From Raja brachyura (lineage: Eukaryota), in contig CAUPSL010001410.1 in assembly GCA_963514005.1 (NCBI GenBank), positions 1-49,876 of the forward strand: a stretch of DNA of 49,876 nucleotides, read 5' to 3'. The notes beneath the pieces are model-generated. The model was given only the letters and a program-made list of their open reading frames with translations, was not told the DNA's origin and did not search any database. A program made the translations under genes and the position numbers. Shown here in pieces: positions 1 to 12,700 of the stretch (positions are counted from its first letter, which is position 1; each line of letters begins with the position of its first letter).

Positions 1-584
1 GAATCTCTAAGCTGTTCTAGATTCATGGGTTTGATTGGATTACTGCAAAGGGATTGTAAATAATGTAAACAATGTTGCAAGACAGTTGCCCTGCTGTTTG
101 GTGATTGGCCGAAGTGTGAAGCCCTGGCTGAATTATTTGTACTACCGGGGTAAATGTTGCATTATTCAGTTAACTGACTTCCTTCCGGAAGCTTCTGGAG
201 AAATATTGTTTGGGACTCTTTGTAATTGGGTTGGGGGACTGCCAATAATACTTTAATGTGATCAATATGTGTAATTGGCTTGTAAACGGGAAACCCCTAT
301 GTAATTCGGCCCTCATGGTTCGTTGATCTACAAAAGGTAGTCCCCATTTGGATCGGTGGCGATCTTCTCGAAGGGCGCTTGCGACTCTGTGACATTTTGG
401 TAGTTTCTGGTTGTTCGAAGCTGAAGGGCTTGGTCAGGCAAGGGCAAGGATCGAACCCGCAGTGGTTTAGGAATCGTATAGGGGTTTGTTGTTCGTTCAG
501 ATATAAAGTTTAGTTATTCCAGTGCTTGACTCAGTATTTTATCTGAACTAGGCTAAGGGGGGTAGGTTTTAGTAGCATATTTAC
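1..584 (+). mobile_element. Possible LTR fragment, truncated by the window start
   Basis: TATA-like ctacaaaag near 328, polyA-like atataaa near 501, ends TTACA at 584; no internal genes seen. Confidence 0.25.
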
Positions 585-870
585 AGAGCGATGTATTGCA
601 GCAACAGGCCTTCTAACACGACATGTGCATATTGTGCCAACGGGTAGTCAGCGTGGTGACAAAGGAGTGTGGCATGCTCTGGTAGGATTAATTTGACCCA
701 TTCACATTAATCCCACCTTAATCCAATTCAAACCATCAAAGGCTGTATCTCATTCCAGGGTAGCTGTCATCTCATTTTGTTTCAAAGAATATTGCGGCTG
801 TGAACTCTGTTTCTGGTATTTCCAGTTTGTGTGGGGAAGTGAATGTAAAGAATGAATCACACGTTGTTAC

Positions 871-943
871 CCTGCAATACGAGCAACAGCAGGACCCAGC
901 AATGAGAATCCCACAGACACTTGTTCACCAGCACGTTCCACAT
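871..943 (-). CDS. Leader exon of a third, divergently transcribed gene (MWNVLVNKCLWDSHCWVLLLLVLQ-G); rest of the gene lies left of the window
   Basis: ATG at 943-941, 24 codons plus 1 nt, hydrophobic VLLLLVL core, phase-1 donor CAGG|GTAACA; homologous decayed copies elsewhere in the window. Confidence 0.65.
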
Positions 944-2529
944 TCCTCGCGGCTGTTTATTTCCAGACCCTGAAATGCAGAAGTTGTTTTCTACATTTGC
1001 TGCAGAAAGTTCAGGAGGTTCTAAACTACAAAACTAACATTAATGTCTCAGTGAAAACACGAGGAAGAACAGCGAGCAAACTCATTCGTAGAACGTAAAA
1101 GAACAACACCAAATACTGCCTTCACGCAATCCCTATTGTAATATAGGGAGCACTTTAGTGACACCAAGCGTGAATTATCCAAAAGTCTGCACTTTCTACC
1201 AAATTCAAGCAGTGTGAGACGGATAGGGCACAGCGAAGAGGAGCAAACAGTTTTCTGTGGTGATATGTGAAGTAACAGAGACATCTTTGCTTGTGGCTCA
1301 GCTATTCACAATCTGCATCAATTATGAGGGAACCAATTGTCAAATCAGCGGTTCAGTAGATGTTTCAATGCGATTCAGACAAGATGGGGAAGCGGGCAAA
1401 TTAATGGCACAAGCGGTGCAGACATATGACAGGGCGATGGAGCAATACTAAAAGAGAAATGGGGCACCCAAAAACGACATCCTGCTCTTCAAGTTTGAAC
1501 CAACCACCAACCACCCATTCACAATAATTATACATTCGTTTAGTTTATTATTGTCGTTCCGTGTTTCGAGGTACAGTGAAAAGCTTTAAGGGATAATCGC
1601 AATCCGTTTATTACAGGCTGCATCTCACTCCCAGGTAACCGTCACCTCCGTTTGTTTCCATGTACCCTGTTCCTTTGAATCAGCCCGATGATCCCTGTTT
1701 CTTCTCAGAGACAACCCCACCCAGCCCAGCCGGAACCCTCTTTGTGCTTTGCGCCCCGCCGCCCCCACCCTACCCCCTACTAACTTCCTTGGCCGAGTCC
1801 ATCTTTGTTGTTGACGGGCCCTCCCTTCAGCAATATATATACCCATGAATCTGACCCTGATCTGCCTTAAATTAATTGCTGCTTAATCCTGACGATTTTT
1901 CACAACATCGCAACAATTCAAGATATTGGGAACAGAAGACAAGTTACACCGTCCAGCGTGTTATGTAAAATGTGTACATTCGTTATTTTATGTGTAGCTC
2001 TTCCCACGGGAAGATTTGTGCAGAAAATTATTCACCACACTTCCTTTCCTTTGTTTCCTGTTATTTAATCACCAGGCCCATTCTGTCGAGGCCTACGCAT
2101 CCCCGATGACCTTTCTCTTGTTTATATGGCCTCAGAAAAAAAAGTGCACTTTATTTTAATATTACACGTAAACTTTCCCACAAAATCAACGTTCCCCGTT
2201 CTTACGAGCTTTCCAGTCGTTCTCCACTGGGTACTAAAAGAGTACTTGAATATAGGTAAAGCAATATTCATGCCTCTGTAGTGTAAGATGCGAAAGCTCA
2301 ATATGAGGTGCTGTTTCATCAATCTGGGGTTGGTCTCACTATGGCAGTGGAGGGGGCCCGGGACAGAAAGGTCAGATTGCGAATGGGAGGATTTAAATTG
2401 TTCAGCAACAGTGAGATCAGTTAGGCCAAGGCAGACTATGAACGCAAGCAGCAAAATGATCCCCCAGTCTGTGCTTGGTCAGTGTGAAATCACTTACCGC
2501 CAGCCTCCAATTTCAACATTCCCCGAGTG

Positions 2530-2628
2530 TTTGCGGGAAATATAGAGGAAGTTTAAGCTACTTCTGCATTTCAGTGCCAGCACGTAAACAGCAGTCGGTG
2601 AGGTGGACGCCACACTGAAGCGTTGGCG
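2530..2628 (+). promoter_or_regulatory. Putative TATA-less proximal promoter and 5'UTR of gene A with an ETS/PU.1-type site
   Basis: GAGGAAGT at 2545-2552; ACTTCTGCATTTCAG (2560-2574) is shared exactly with the minus-strand gene's upstream region (984-970). Confidence 0.45.
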
Positions 2629-2695
2629 ATGCGCTCTCTCCGGCTCTGGCTCTGTCTCAGCTCGGTCCTGCTCTCGGTGTCAGTCCTGGGTTACA
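2629..2695 (+). CDS. Gene A exon 1, signal peptide MRSLRLWLCLSSVLLSVSVLGY
   Basis: ATG at 2629, hydrophobic core, phase-1 donor A|GTAGGT; paralogous exon at 44355-44415. Confidence 0.85.
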
Positions 2696-3743
2696 GTAGG
2701 TGTTTTTCCTTCTTTGTCTCATCCCATACTGCCAGTCCTCCAGCTGTCTGTACTTTAGCTCACACCGAAGTCAGTCAGCGGTGGTTAATATACTGGTCTT
2801 GACCGCCACTGAGTGCCCTTGCGAGGGAGGGGATGAGGTCTTGATGATCCACGTCACTCCTTCCGTGCGGGTCAACCAGCGGCAGAGTACGTGGATACAA
2901 TTGCACACGGACCAATCCTTTCTAAACCAGAGTGCGACACTTGACGGATAAGAGGGTGGAATGTTGTTCGATGCAAGCGAAAAATGGGGAGTTGGCATTA
3001 AAAGCAGAGGAGATCACAATCTTATTTAAAAGCAGAGCAAGTGAAGATTGCAAGGAGACCCGATTGGGGCATGTAAAATTGTAAAGGGTGTAAAACAGAG
3101 TGAGGTTGTTCCCATCGGTGAAGGGAACAAGATACAGTTGCAGATTGAAAGCGATTGGTCAAACCGTTGCAAAGAAACAATGTTCCTCGCTGGTCTGCAA
3201 CATATGGCCGGGCGGAAGTGAGGTTGGGGGAGGAAAGGGTGAGTGATAAAAATGCAGCGTTTTAAGGAAATGACGAATACCTCAGAAAGGAAGGCATTTG
3301 CGGGTCTATTGGTCCAGGTGACTTGGTTTGATAACATTGCTCTTTCATAGAGGAAGGGGCCGAATGTCCCATTTCCCTGCTGTAACTATACTGTCACACG
3401 GACTGAGTTCCAGAAACGTTTTTGCACCAAAGCCGAGTTACCAAATGTTCAAATATCGCCGCTCCTGCAGAAAGAAAATACAATGGTATTTATACTGATG
3501 ACTGACCGAAGATTCAGACACGAATTATAGACAGCCCATCCCCTGCCCCAGAATTGGATCCCAGCCTGTCGCTATCTGCTGGCTGTTCATTGCTGCTGGC
3601 ACAACACCCCCCCCCCCCCCCCCCCCCATCCGCAAATATTCCACCCTTACCCCACCCCAAATATCTCTCAGTCTGGAACCCACTCCCTTGACTAACTGCA
3701 GATCTGTTCCCCAGTTGTTCGAATATTGACTCATCTCTCTCTT

Positions 3744-3787
<44 letters not shown>

Positions 3788-6700
3788 GATTTTTCGTATC
3801 ATGGTTGGACAATATCCGGTGCTGATGACGTATCTGCCGTGGAAGGGGCCTCCGCTGTGTTGCCGTGTACATTCACCCACCCACCCACTGATCACATCCT
3901 CACCGGCTCCGTGCTATGGCACAAGAGAAAGTCCGGGGCTGAGAGCGTTGTTTTTAACTGTACATATCCCGGCCCCGCACGCTCCCGGTGCGATGAAGTG
4001 ACACAGGAAGCCGGAGGGAGTCGGTTGCGATTCGCAGGGAACTTCACACAGAGGGATGTGTCAATAATGGTGGAGCGACTAAGCCGGGAGGACGATGGTG
4101 CTATGTATCGGTGCCAAGTGGACCTCAATATTGGACCATTTCACACTGTGGTTCCAACACGCCTGACTGTGAGATGTGAGAAACAATGCTTAAATGCTGT
4201 AGCTTTGCCCAGATCGCACGGGTCAAACGCTTCCCTGGCACGCTGATGATCAATAAATGTTGATCAAGCACGTCAAGGTGTGAAGCGCCGGGTCCCCCTC
4301 TTACTCCCTTTCCAGTGAATCCCGCTGCACAATGTTAAACAACAAATTAACCAACAAGCCTCTCCGTCGTTGGAGTGCAGGAGGTAACAGGAGCACCCGG
4401 GAAAACCCAACGCGGTCACGGGAGAATTAAAAAATCCATACAGACAGCACCCCTAGTCAGGACCGAACCCGGGGCCCTGGCGCTGTGATACAGCAACTCT
4501 ACCGGTGCACCACCGTGCCGCCCTTAAATAATGAATGGAATAAACATTACAAAAAAATGACTACGGCAGGGATAGAACTAGCAGCTCGACGCTCCATGAA
4601 ACAGGCGCTAATGGTTTGATAGAGAGGGGGGGGGGGGGGAAGAGAGGAGGAGGGAATTCTATTTTTGACAGCAGAGAACACATTGCAGTGATCTTAGAGA
4701 TCACTATTCAGGGACGGTCCAATGGGGCCTAATGGTTGCAACTGAGAAGCAAGAAGCTTCTTAAGAAGCATAGATAGAAACATAGAAAAATGGGAGCAGG
4801 AGTAGGCCATACGTCCCTTCAAGCCAGCACTGCCATGCAATATGATCATGGCTGATCATCCAAAATCAACACCCCGTTCCTGTTTTTCCCCCCATATCCA
4901 TTGATTCCTTTCACCCTAAGAGCAAAATTTAACTCTCCTGAAAACCTCCAGTGCATTGGCCTCCACTGCCTTCTGTGGTAGAGAATTCCAAAGATTAACA
5001 ACTCTCTGGGTGAAAAAGATTTTCCTCATTTCAGTCCTAAATAGCGTAAGCATTAATATTAAACCGTGGCCCTGGTTCTGGACTCCCCCAACATCGGGAA
5101 CATTTTTTCATGTATCTAGCTTGTCCAATCCCTTAAGAATTTTGTAAAGTTTCTATAAGATCCTCTCTCAACATCTCTCAACCACATTTTCAGGGAATAC
5201 AAGCCCAATTGAACCATTCTTTCCTCATATGTCCGTCCCGCCATCCCGGGAATTAGTCTGGTGAACCTGCACAGCACTTCTTCAATAGCAATAATGTCCT
5301 TCCTCAAGTTAGGAGACCAAAACTGCACATAATACCGCAGGTGTGGCCTCACTAGGGCCCTGTACAACTGCAGTAGGTCCTCCTTGCACCTAAACTCAAA
5401 TCCTCTCTCAATAAAGGCCAACATGCCATTAGCTTTCTTCACTCCCTGCTGTACCTGCATGCTTACTTACAGTGACTGGTGTACAAGCACATCCAGGTCT
5501 CGCTGCACCTAACGTTTTCCTAATCTGACACCATTCAGAGAATTATCTGCCTTCTTGTTGTTGCCACCAAAGTGGACAACCTCACATTTGTCCACATTTT
5601 ACTGCATCTGCCATGCACCTGCCCACTCACCCATCACATCCAAGTCTCACAGCATCCTCCTCGCCACACAGCTTTGTATCATCCGCAAACTTGGAGACAT
5701 TGCATTTAATTCCCTGATCTAAATCGTTAATATATTTTGTAAATAACTGGGGTCCCAGCACTGAGCCTTGCAGCACTCCACTGGTCACTGCCTGGCATTC
5801 TGAATACGACCAATTAATTCCTACTCTTTGCTTCCTGCCTGCCAACCAGTTCTCTATCCATGTCAATACCGGTCCCCCAATAACATGTGCTCTAAATTTG
5901 CACACTAATCTCTTGTGTGCGACCTTGTCAAAGGCTTTTTGAAAGTCCAGATATACCACATCCACTGGCTCTCCCTTATCCATTCTACTTGTTACATCCT
6001 CAAAAAATTCCAGAAAATTATTCAAGCATGATTTCCCCTTCATAAATCCATGCTGACTTTGACCGATCCTGTCACTGCTTTACAAATGAGCTGCAATTAC
6101 ATATTTTATCATCGACCTCAGCATCTTCCCCACTACCGACGCAAGGCTAACTGGTCTATAATTCCTTGTTTTATCTCCCCCTCCTTCCATAAAAAGTAGT
6201 TACATTAGCAACCCCCCAGTCCACAGGAACTGATTCAGAGTCGAGAGAATATTGGAAAATTATCACCAATGCATCCATGATTTCTTGGGCCACCTCCTTG
6301 AGTTCTCTGGGATGCAGACCATCAGGCCCTGGGAATTTATCTGCCTTCAGTCCCAACAGTTTTCATAACGCAATCTCCTGACTAATGTGGATTCCCTTCA
6401 GTCCTCCCTCCCACTAGATCATCTGTCCACTAGTATTTCTAGGAGATAGTTTTTGTCTTCCTTAGCGACCATAAAACATAGAAACATAGAAAAACATAGA
6501 AAATAGGTGCAGGAGTAGGCCATTCGGCCCTTCGAGCCTGCACCGCCATTCAATGTGATCATGGCTGATCATCCAACTCAGTATCCCATACCTGCCTTCT
6601 CTCCATACCCCCTGATCCCTTTAGCCACAAGTGCCACATCTAACGCCCTCTTAAATATAGCCAATGAACTGGCCTCAACTACCTTCTGTGGCAGAGAATT

Positions 6701-9700
6701 CCAGAGACTCACCACTCTCTGTGTAAAGAATGTTTTCCTCATCTCGGCCCTAAAGGAATTCCCCCTTATCCTTAGACTGTGACCCCTTGTTCTGGACTCC
6801 CCCAACATCGGGAACAATCTTCCGCCATCGAGCTTGTCCAACCCCTTAAGAATTTTGTAAGTTTCTATAAGGTCCCCCCTCAATCTTCTAAATTCCAGCG
6901 AGTACAAGCCGAGTCTACCAATCTTTCCTCATATGAAAGTCCTGACATCCCAGGAATCAGTCTGGTGAATCTTCTCTGTACCCCCTCTATGGCAAGGATG
7001 TCTTTCCTCAGATTTGGAGACCAAAACTGTACGCAATACTCCAGGTGTGGCCTCACCAAAACCCTGTACAACTGCAGTAGAACCTCCCTGCTCCTATACT
7101 AAAATCCTTTCGCTATGAATGCTAACATACCATTTGCTTTCTTCACTGCCTGCTGCGAAACAAAACTACTCGTTTAACTGTTCTGCCATTTCCTTATTTC
7201 CCATTATAATGTCACCTGTCTCTGATTGTACGGGACCAACATTTGGCTTCGCTAATCTTTTCCTCTTCACATATGTATTTAAGCTTTTACAGTCAGTTTT
7301 TATATTCCCCGCAAGCTTTCTTTCGTGCTCTATTTTCCCCCCTCTTAATTAACCCATTTGACCTCCTCCGTTAAATTCTAAATTTCTCCCAGTTCTCCGG
7401 TTTGCTGTTTCCTCTGAACAATGTATATGCCTCTTGCTTAAATTTAACACCATCGTTAATTTGCCACGATAGCCACGGTCGCGCCGCCTTTCCCGTGTTA
7501 TTTTTACGCCAGGCTGGGAAGAACAAATGTAATTCATCTATGCGATCTTTAAATCTTTGCCATTGCGTCTCCACCGTCACTCTTTAAGTATCATTTGCCA
7601 GTCTATCCCAGCCAACTGCCGTCTCATACCATCAAAGCCTGCTTTCTTTAAGTTCAAGACCCTAGTCTGTGAATAAACCGTGTCGCTCACCATCTTAATG
7701 CAGAATTCCATCATATTATGGTTACTGATGCCCAAGGGCCATAGGACAACACAATGCCCAGTCTAGGATGACCTGCCCACTAGTCGGTTTTTCTACTTAT
7801 TGGCTTAAAAAACCGTCCCGTATACATTCGAGAAATGCTCCTCCCCAGTGTTGTTAGCAATTTGGTTGGCCCAATCTATATGTAGATTATTTAGACTTTG
7901 TTGGGGTTATTCTAAGGGCACCTAAATCTGAACTGGAATTAGACGAACACACATGCATGGAGATGGTGGAGACTCTCTAGAATGTTAAGACAATTCACCC
8001 ACAAAACGTTGATACATTCCGGTGTCTGTCCTTCCCTCAGCTCCCGGCGGGAATTTCTCAGTGGTGACTGGGACTGAGGGGGCTTCGGCTACATTACTAT
8101 GTGTGTACCCACCGCCTCCGCTCAAGCACACCCCTCTCGCGTTCACATGGATGAGGAAGGATCCCTACCGACACATCGTCACGTTCAGACCCCAAGCTGA
8201 TGGATCCTGGGCGGCGGAGAACGGTGCAACACGGTTCGAGCTGGTCGGCAACCCAGAGCGGGGAAACGCCTCAACCAGGATAAAGCAGCTGAGTGTGCAG
8301 GACAGTCACGACTACCTGTGTCTGGTGCAGATCAAGAAACCGGATTCAAAACACCTTCATAATATACACCCCCCTTTTATTCATCAGTACCAGCGTGAGC
8401 TCCGGCTGCGGGTCACACCCGGTAAGAAACCATTGCCAAATTCTGCAGTTTACAGCGAGGATGTAGAGAGAGGGAGGGGAGCAGGAACAGAAACCCCGCC
8501 TCTCGGCTCGTAAAGTTGAAGATCAGGGACCTGGGGTGTGGGATCTCGGCTGCCACACCCAGCAGTAACTACATTGACCTGGACTTGTTAAACCAAGGTG
8601 CAGTCTGCTCCGCAAATTGCTATGAAAGATCTCGGTCAACCATTGACAACTGAATCTCATAATGAAGCATGTAATAGCAGAACACAAGACATAGGCTAGA
8701 GGGCTTAGGTTGCAGGTGAAATAGACAAAGGTTAAGTGAGATGTGCGGGGAAGTCGTTTTGCATAGGGGTGGTGGTTGCCTGGAACGCACTGGCAGAGGT
8801 GGTGGTGAAAGCAGGTACGTTGGTGGCGGTTAAGAGGCTTTTTGATAGGCTCATGGATATGCAGGGAATATGATGGTATGAATCCTGCGTGCAGACAGAC
8901 GAGATTAGTTTTCCTTGGCATAATATGTGGTACAGACACTGTGGGCCGAAGAGCAGGTTCATGTGCTCCAGTTTCCTATGTCCCGCGTAGATTTATGCAT
9001 GATGTGATGAGTAGAATTGATGAAGGCTAATTGATGTGGGGTGTTTGGATTTTCAGAAAAATCTCGGTCAAGTCCCGCATGGGAGATTGGTCAACAATCT
9101 GAAATCCGGAGTAGTCAGACGTAGGGTGCCATGCGCCCGTGATTGAAAATTGGTTCTCGGACGAGATAGCAAGTTGGGAATCAACGCATCTCTCGCAGGT
9201 TGACCAAATGTGGCCAATGGGATGCCATAGCGTACAATGCCGCGGCCCCATTTAGTCCCTAAATGTATTAGTGTTTTGTCTGAATGTTCAAATGACGGTG
9301 TTGCAATCTGACGGATAACAATAGAGCGGGTGAGACTCTGGGTGGGCAGCATGATGTAACGAAGGTTCAGTGTGTGTGGGCAGGCCGGTGGGTGGGTGGG
9401 AATGCGGCAGATGGAACGCGGCAGACATAAAAGCTTTTCACTGTACCTAGATACACTAAATAATAAACTAATTAAATTAATAATGACATTAAATGTGAAG
9501 TATGCCACATGGGTGAACTAGACGGAAAAGCAGAGTATTTGTTAACTGTGAGAAGTTGGGCCACCTTTGATGATCAGAGCGATATGGCAATGTGTGCATG
9601 TTCCACTGAAGGCCGACGGGCCGATATACAAGAGAACAGAACAGCTCTGGTTAGTTAATTTGTATTGGGAGATTATTTGTGTACGTCAATAAAAATGCCT

Positions 9701-12700
9701 TAACACTGTATAATTATATGGGGTCTGGGTGAGGTTCCACCTGCAGAACTGAGGGCAGCGTTGTTCTTTTTAAAGGAAATTGAGAAATCAACAATCAGGG
9801 ATTGCCCCGCCCCGAATCTCTTCCCGCTTTCACTCCTCAATGCAATCGTTCTGGAGGGGTTCCGACCAAAACATCCCCTGTGCATTGCCTCCACAGATGC
9901 TTCCTCACCCACCGCGTTACTCCATCTCTTTGCGTTTTGCACAATAAACATATTAATGGTGTCAAGGGAGTGCGGTGACGATGCACCCGGCTCGAGTGCT
10001 GTAGACCTGAGTTAGGATATGCAGATGTAGGATTTGTGTGAAACATATCCTCGCAGAGTGCATTTGCAAATGTTGTTTTGTTGCGTAGATTAAACAGCTT
10101 GAAGATGAGAATAAATTGTTGACCCCATCCGAATCGGTGGGAATCCGCGAAATCCGGAATCCCCCCCCCCCCCCCCCCCCCCCCCTCAACCTGCCCGCCC
10201 CAAACGACGTGGAGCGCCAGTCACTAAGTTCATTATAAACAGAAAAAGAGCAATTAGTAGATTTGGAAATGTAGAGTTTCTACACTGACATGAAATATTA
10301 GTTGTATCTCTCTCTCTCTCCGCAGTTCCTGCGTCATCCACCGATATACTCACACTAGTGACTGGGATGTTTACTCTGCTACTGTGAATACTGGCGTCTT
10401 ACCAATGATACTGCACATTCACAATATTAACCCATCGCTCTCGGATTTACCACCCATTTCAAGCATTTCAGTTCGTAGCCCTTTGAAATGGCACATTGTC
10501 CGTTGCCAATTAAGTTAGTACAGGAGGAACGATACACGATCGAGTCCTGTGGTCGTGATTGCTATGTGGTTTTTAATCTCCCTTTTCTTATTTTTTCACT
10601 CACACGTATTACCCTCACTTCCTTCAGAATAATTCTGCTGTTTAGCGACACATTATCACCACATCTATAAATGAGCAGCCTCCAATAGTACTCTCTCACT
10701 CTCTTTGCTAGAATCATGTTTGACCTCTCTCACTCTCTCTTCAGTCACACAGGTTGCCCCCATTGTGATCTTGAGTATTCCGCTTGGATTGAAAACCCTG
10801 GCACTGTTAGTGATGTATTTCATTTATTGTAGTTCCAAACTCAGGTATGTAACATTATGCATTCCTTTCTCTCTAAGTGACCAAAACATAATTAACAGAG
10901 AACCTTTGTGCGTTTAGTTTACTTCCGTTTAAAATACAGTGCGGAAAAAGGCCCGTTGAGTCAGAGCCGACCAGCGATCCTCTCACACTAACACCATCCT
11001 GCATACACTAAGGATAATTCACAATTATACCAAGTCAAATAGCCGGCAAACCTCTACGATTTGGAGTGTGGGAGGAAAGCGAACTGTGAGAAAGTCCACG
11101 CTAGTCAGAGGGAGAACGTACAAACTCCGTACAGACAGGACCCGTGGACAGAGCCGAGCCCGTGTCTCTGACGCTGTGAGGCAGCAACTCTCCAGTGCTG
11201 TGCCACCGTGCGTTCGTTCATGAGTCATAGGAGCAGTATTAGGCCAAAAGGCTAATCGAGTCTCCGTCATTCGGTCATGGCGCATCTATCTTTCCCTCTC
11301 AATCCCATTTTCCGGCCTTCACTTTCCACATTTTAACAGTGATGCACTTCAAAAAAAATATTTTACTGTGATAACTTTTGTATTTTTCCACGTTGAATTG
11401 CCTTCATGAATGCAAACTCACAATATATGCCTGGCAAAGCACTGCTTCCTCACCGGAGTAGAAGCCCAATACACTGTTGTCTTTGCCCATACCACCTGCA
11501 CTGAGACGCGTTGATAAGTCCTAATCACAAACCGAGATGGGATCGAAAAAGCATAATCACAAGGTCAAGTGACAGCAGCAGAATTAGGCCATACGGCACA
11601 TCAAATCTGCTGCGCCATTCAATCATGGCTGATCTATCTCTCCCTGATAACCTCACCCCCTCACCCCCCCCCCCCCCGGTATTTCCCCATAACCCTTAAC
11701 ACCCGTACTAACCCGCACTTATAGCCTTCCTTCACAGTGATCACTGTGGTGGATGTTTATGTTAAGTTCTATGGTGTATTGTGTCCTTTTAATTGTATGG
11801 TTGCATGGTAACTCAAATATCACGATACCTCAATTGGTGCATGTGACAATAAATGTGAACTTGAACTTGAACTTGAACTAATGAACAATCTATCTATACC
11901 TGCCTTAAAATTATCCATTTACCTGGCCTCCACAGCATTCTGTGGCAAGATTCTACAGATTCACAAGCCTAGACTAAATACACCTCTCCCCATCTCATTC
12001 CCAAAGGAACGTTCTTTAATTCTGAGACTATGTCGGTAAATTTCACTATTCGGTAAATTTCACTATTCGGTAAATTTCAATGAGGTCCACTATCATCCTT
12101 CTAAACTCCAGCGAGCACAGCTCTGGTGTCGTAAAAGGCTCATCATACGTTAACCCAGACCAATGGTACACCCGTCTCCTGGTCTGCAGTCCTGCTTCTA
12201 GAGCTAACAGCTCGACCCGAAACGTCACCTATTCCTTTTCCCCAGACATGCTGCCCGACCCACTGAGTTATTGCAGCTTGTTTTGTCTAGCTCGCTCATA
12301 TGTTTGGGTCATGATTAGACCTCCACAACCACCCCCTGCTCCGACATCCAATTTAATCCATAGAGTTGGGCAATCCAAGATTTTAGCAACCTAATACTAT
12401 TAAAATGAAACTAATTGTATGATAATTGTTGATAATCAGATTGCTCCTCAGATTCTAATCTCAGTCCTTTCCTGATCTACAACACTCTGCCATTCCTTCG
12501 CTCCACCGATTTCTAAACGAAGATCCCTCTGTCCCTCTATGTGTGTCGAACTGACAACAGTCGAAACAAAATGCTACACCTTCCCCCTGCAGAGATTAAT
12601 ATCCACCTGTCGTTCGCCCACCCATTTCAACATCTGATCAATATAATTATGTGTATATATACACACACTGAACTTTTTTTGGTCCCGTTATGTACTATGT

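Noticed and set aside
3608-3627. Long poly-C/G runs (also near 4626, 10161, 13723, 46046, 49687) as functional G-quadruplexes
   Set aside because: Simple homopolymers scattered in introns and TEs, with unreliable lengths and no supporting evidence.
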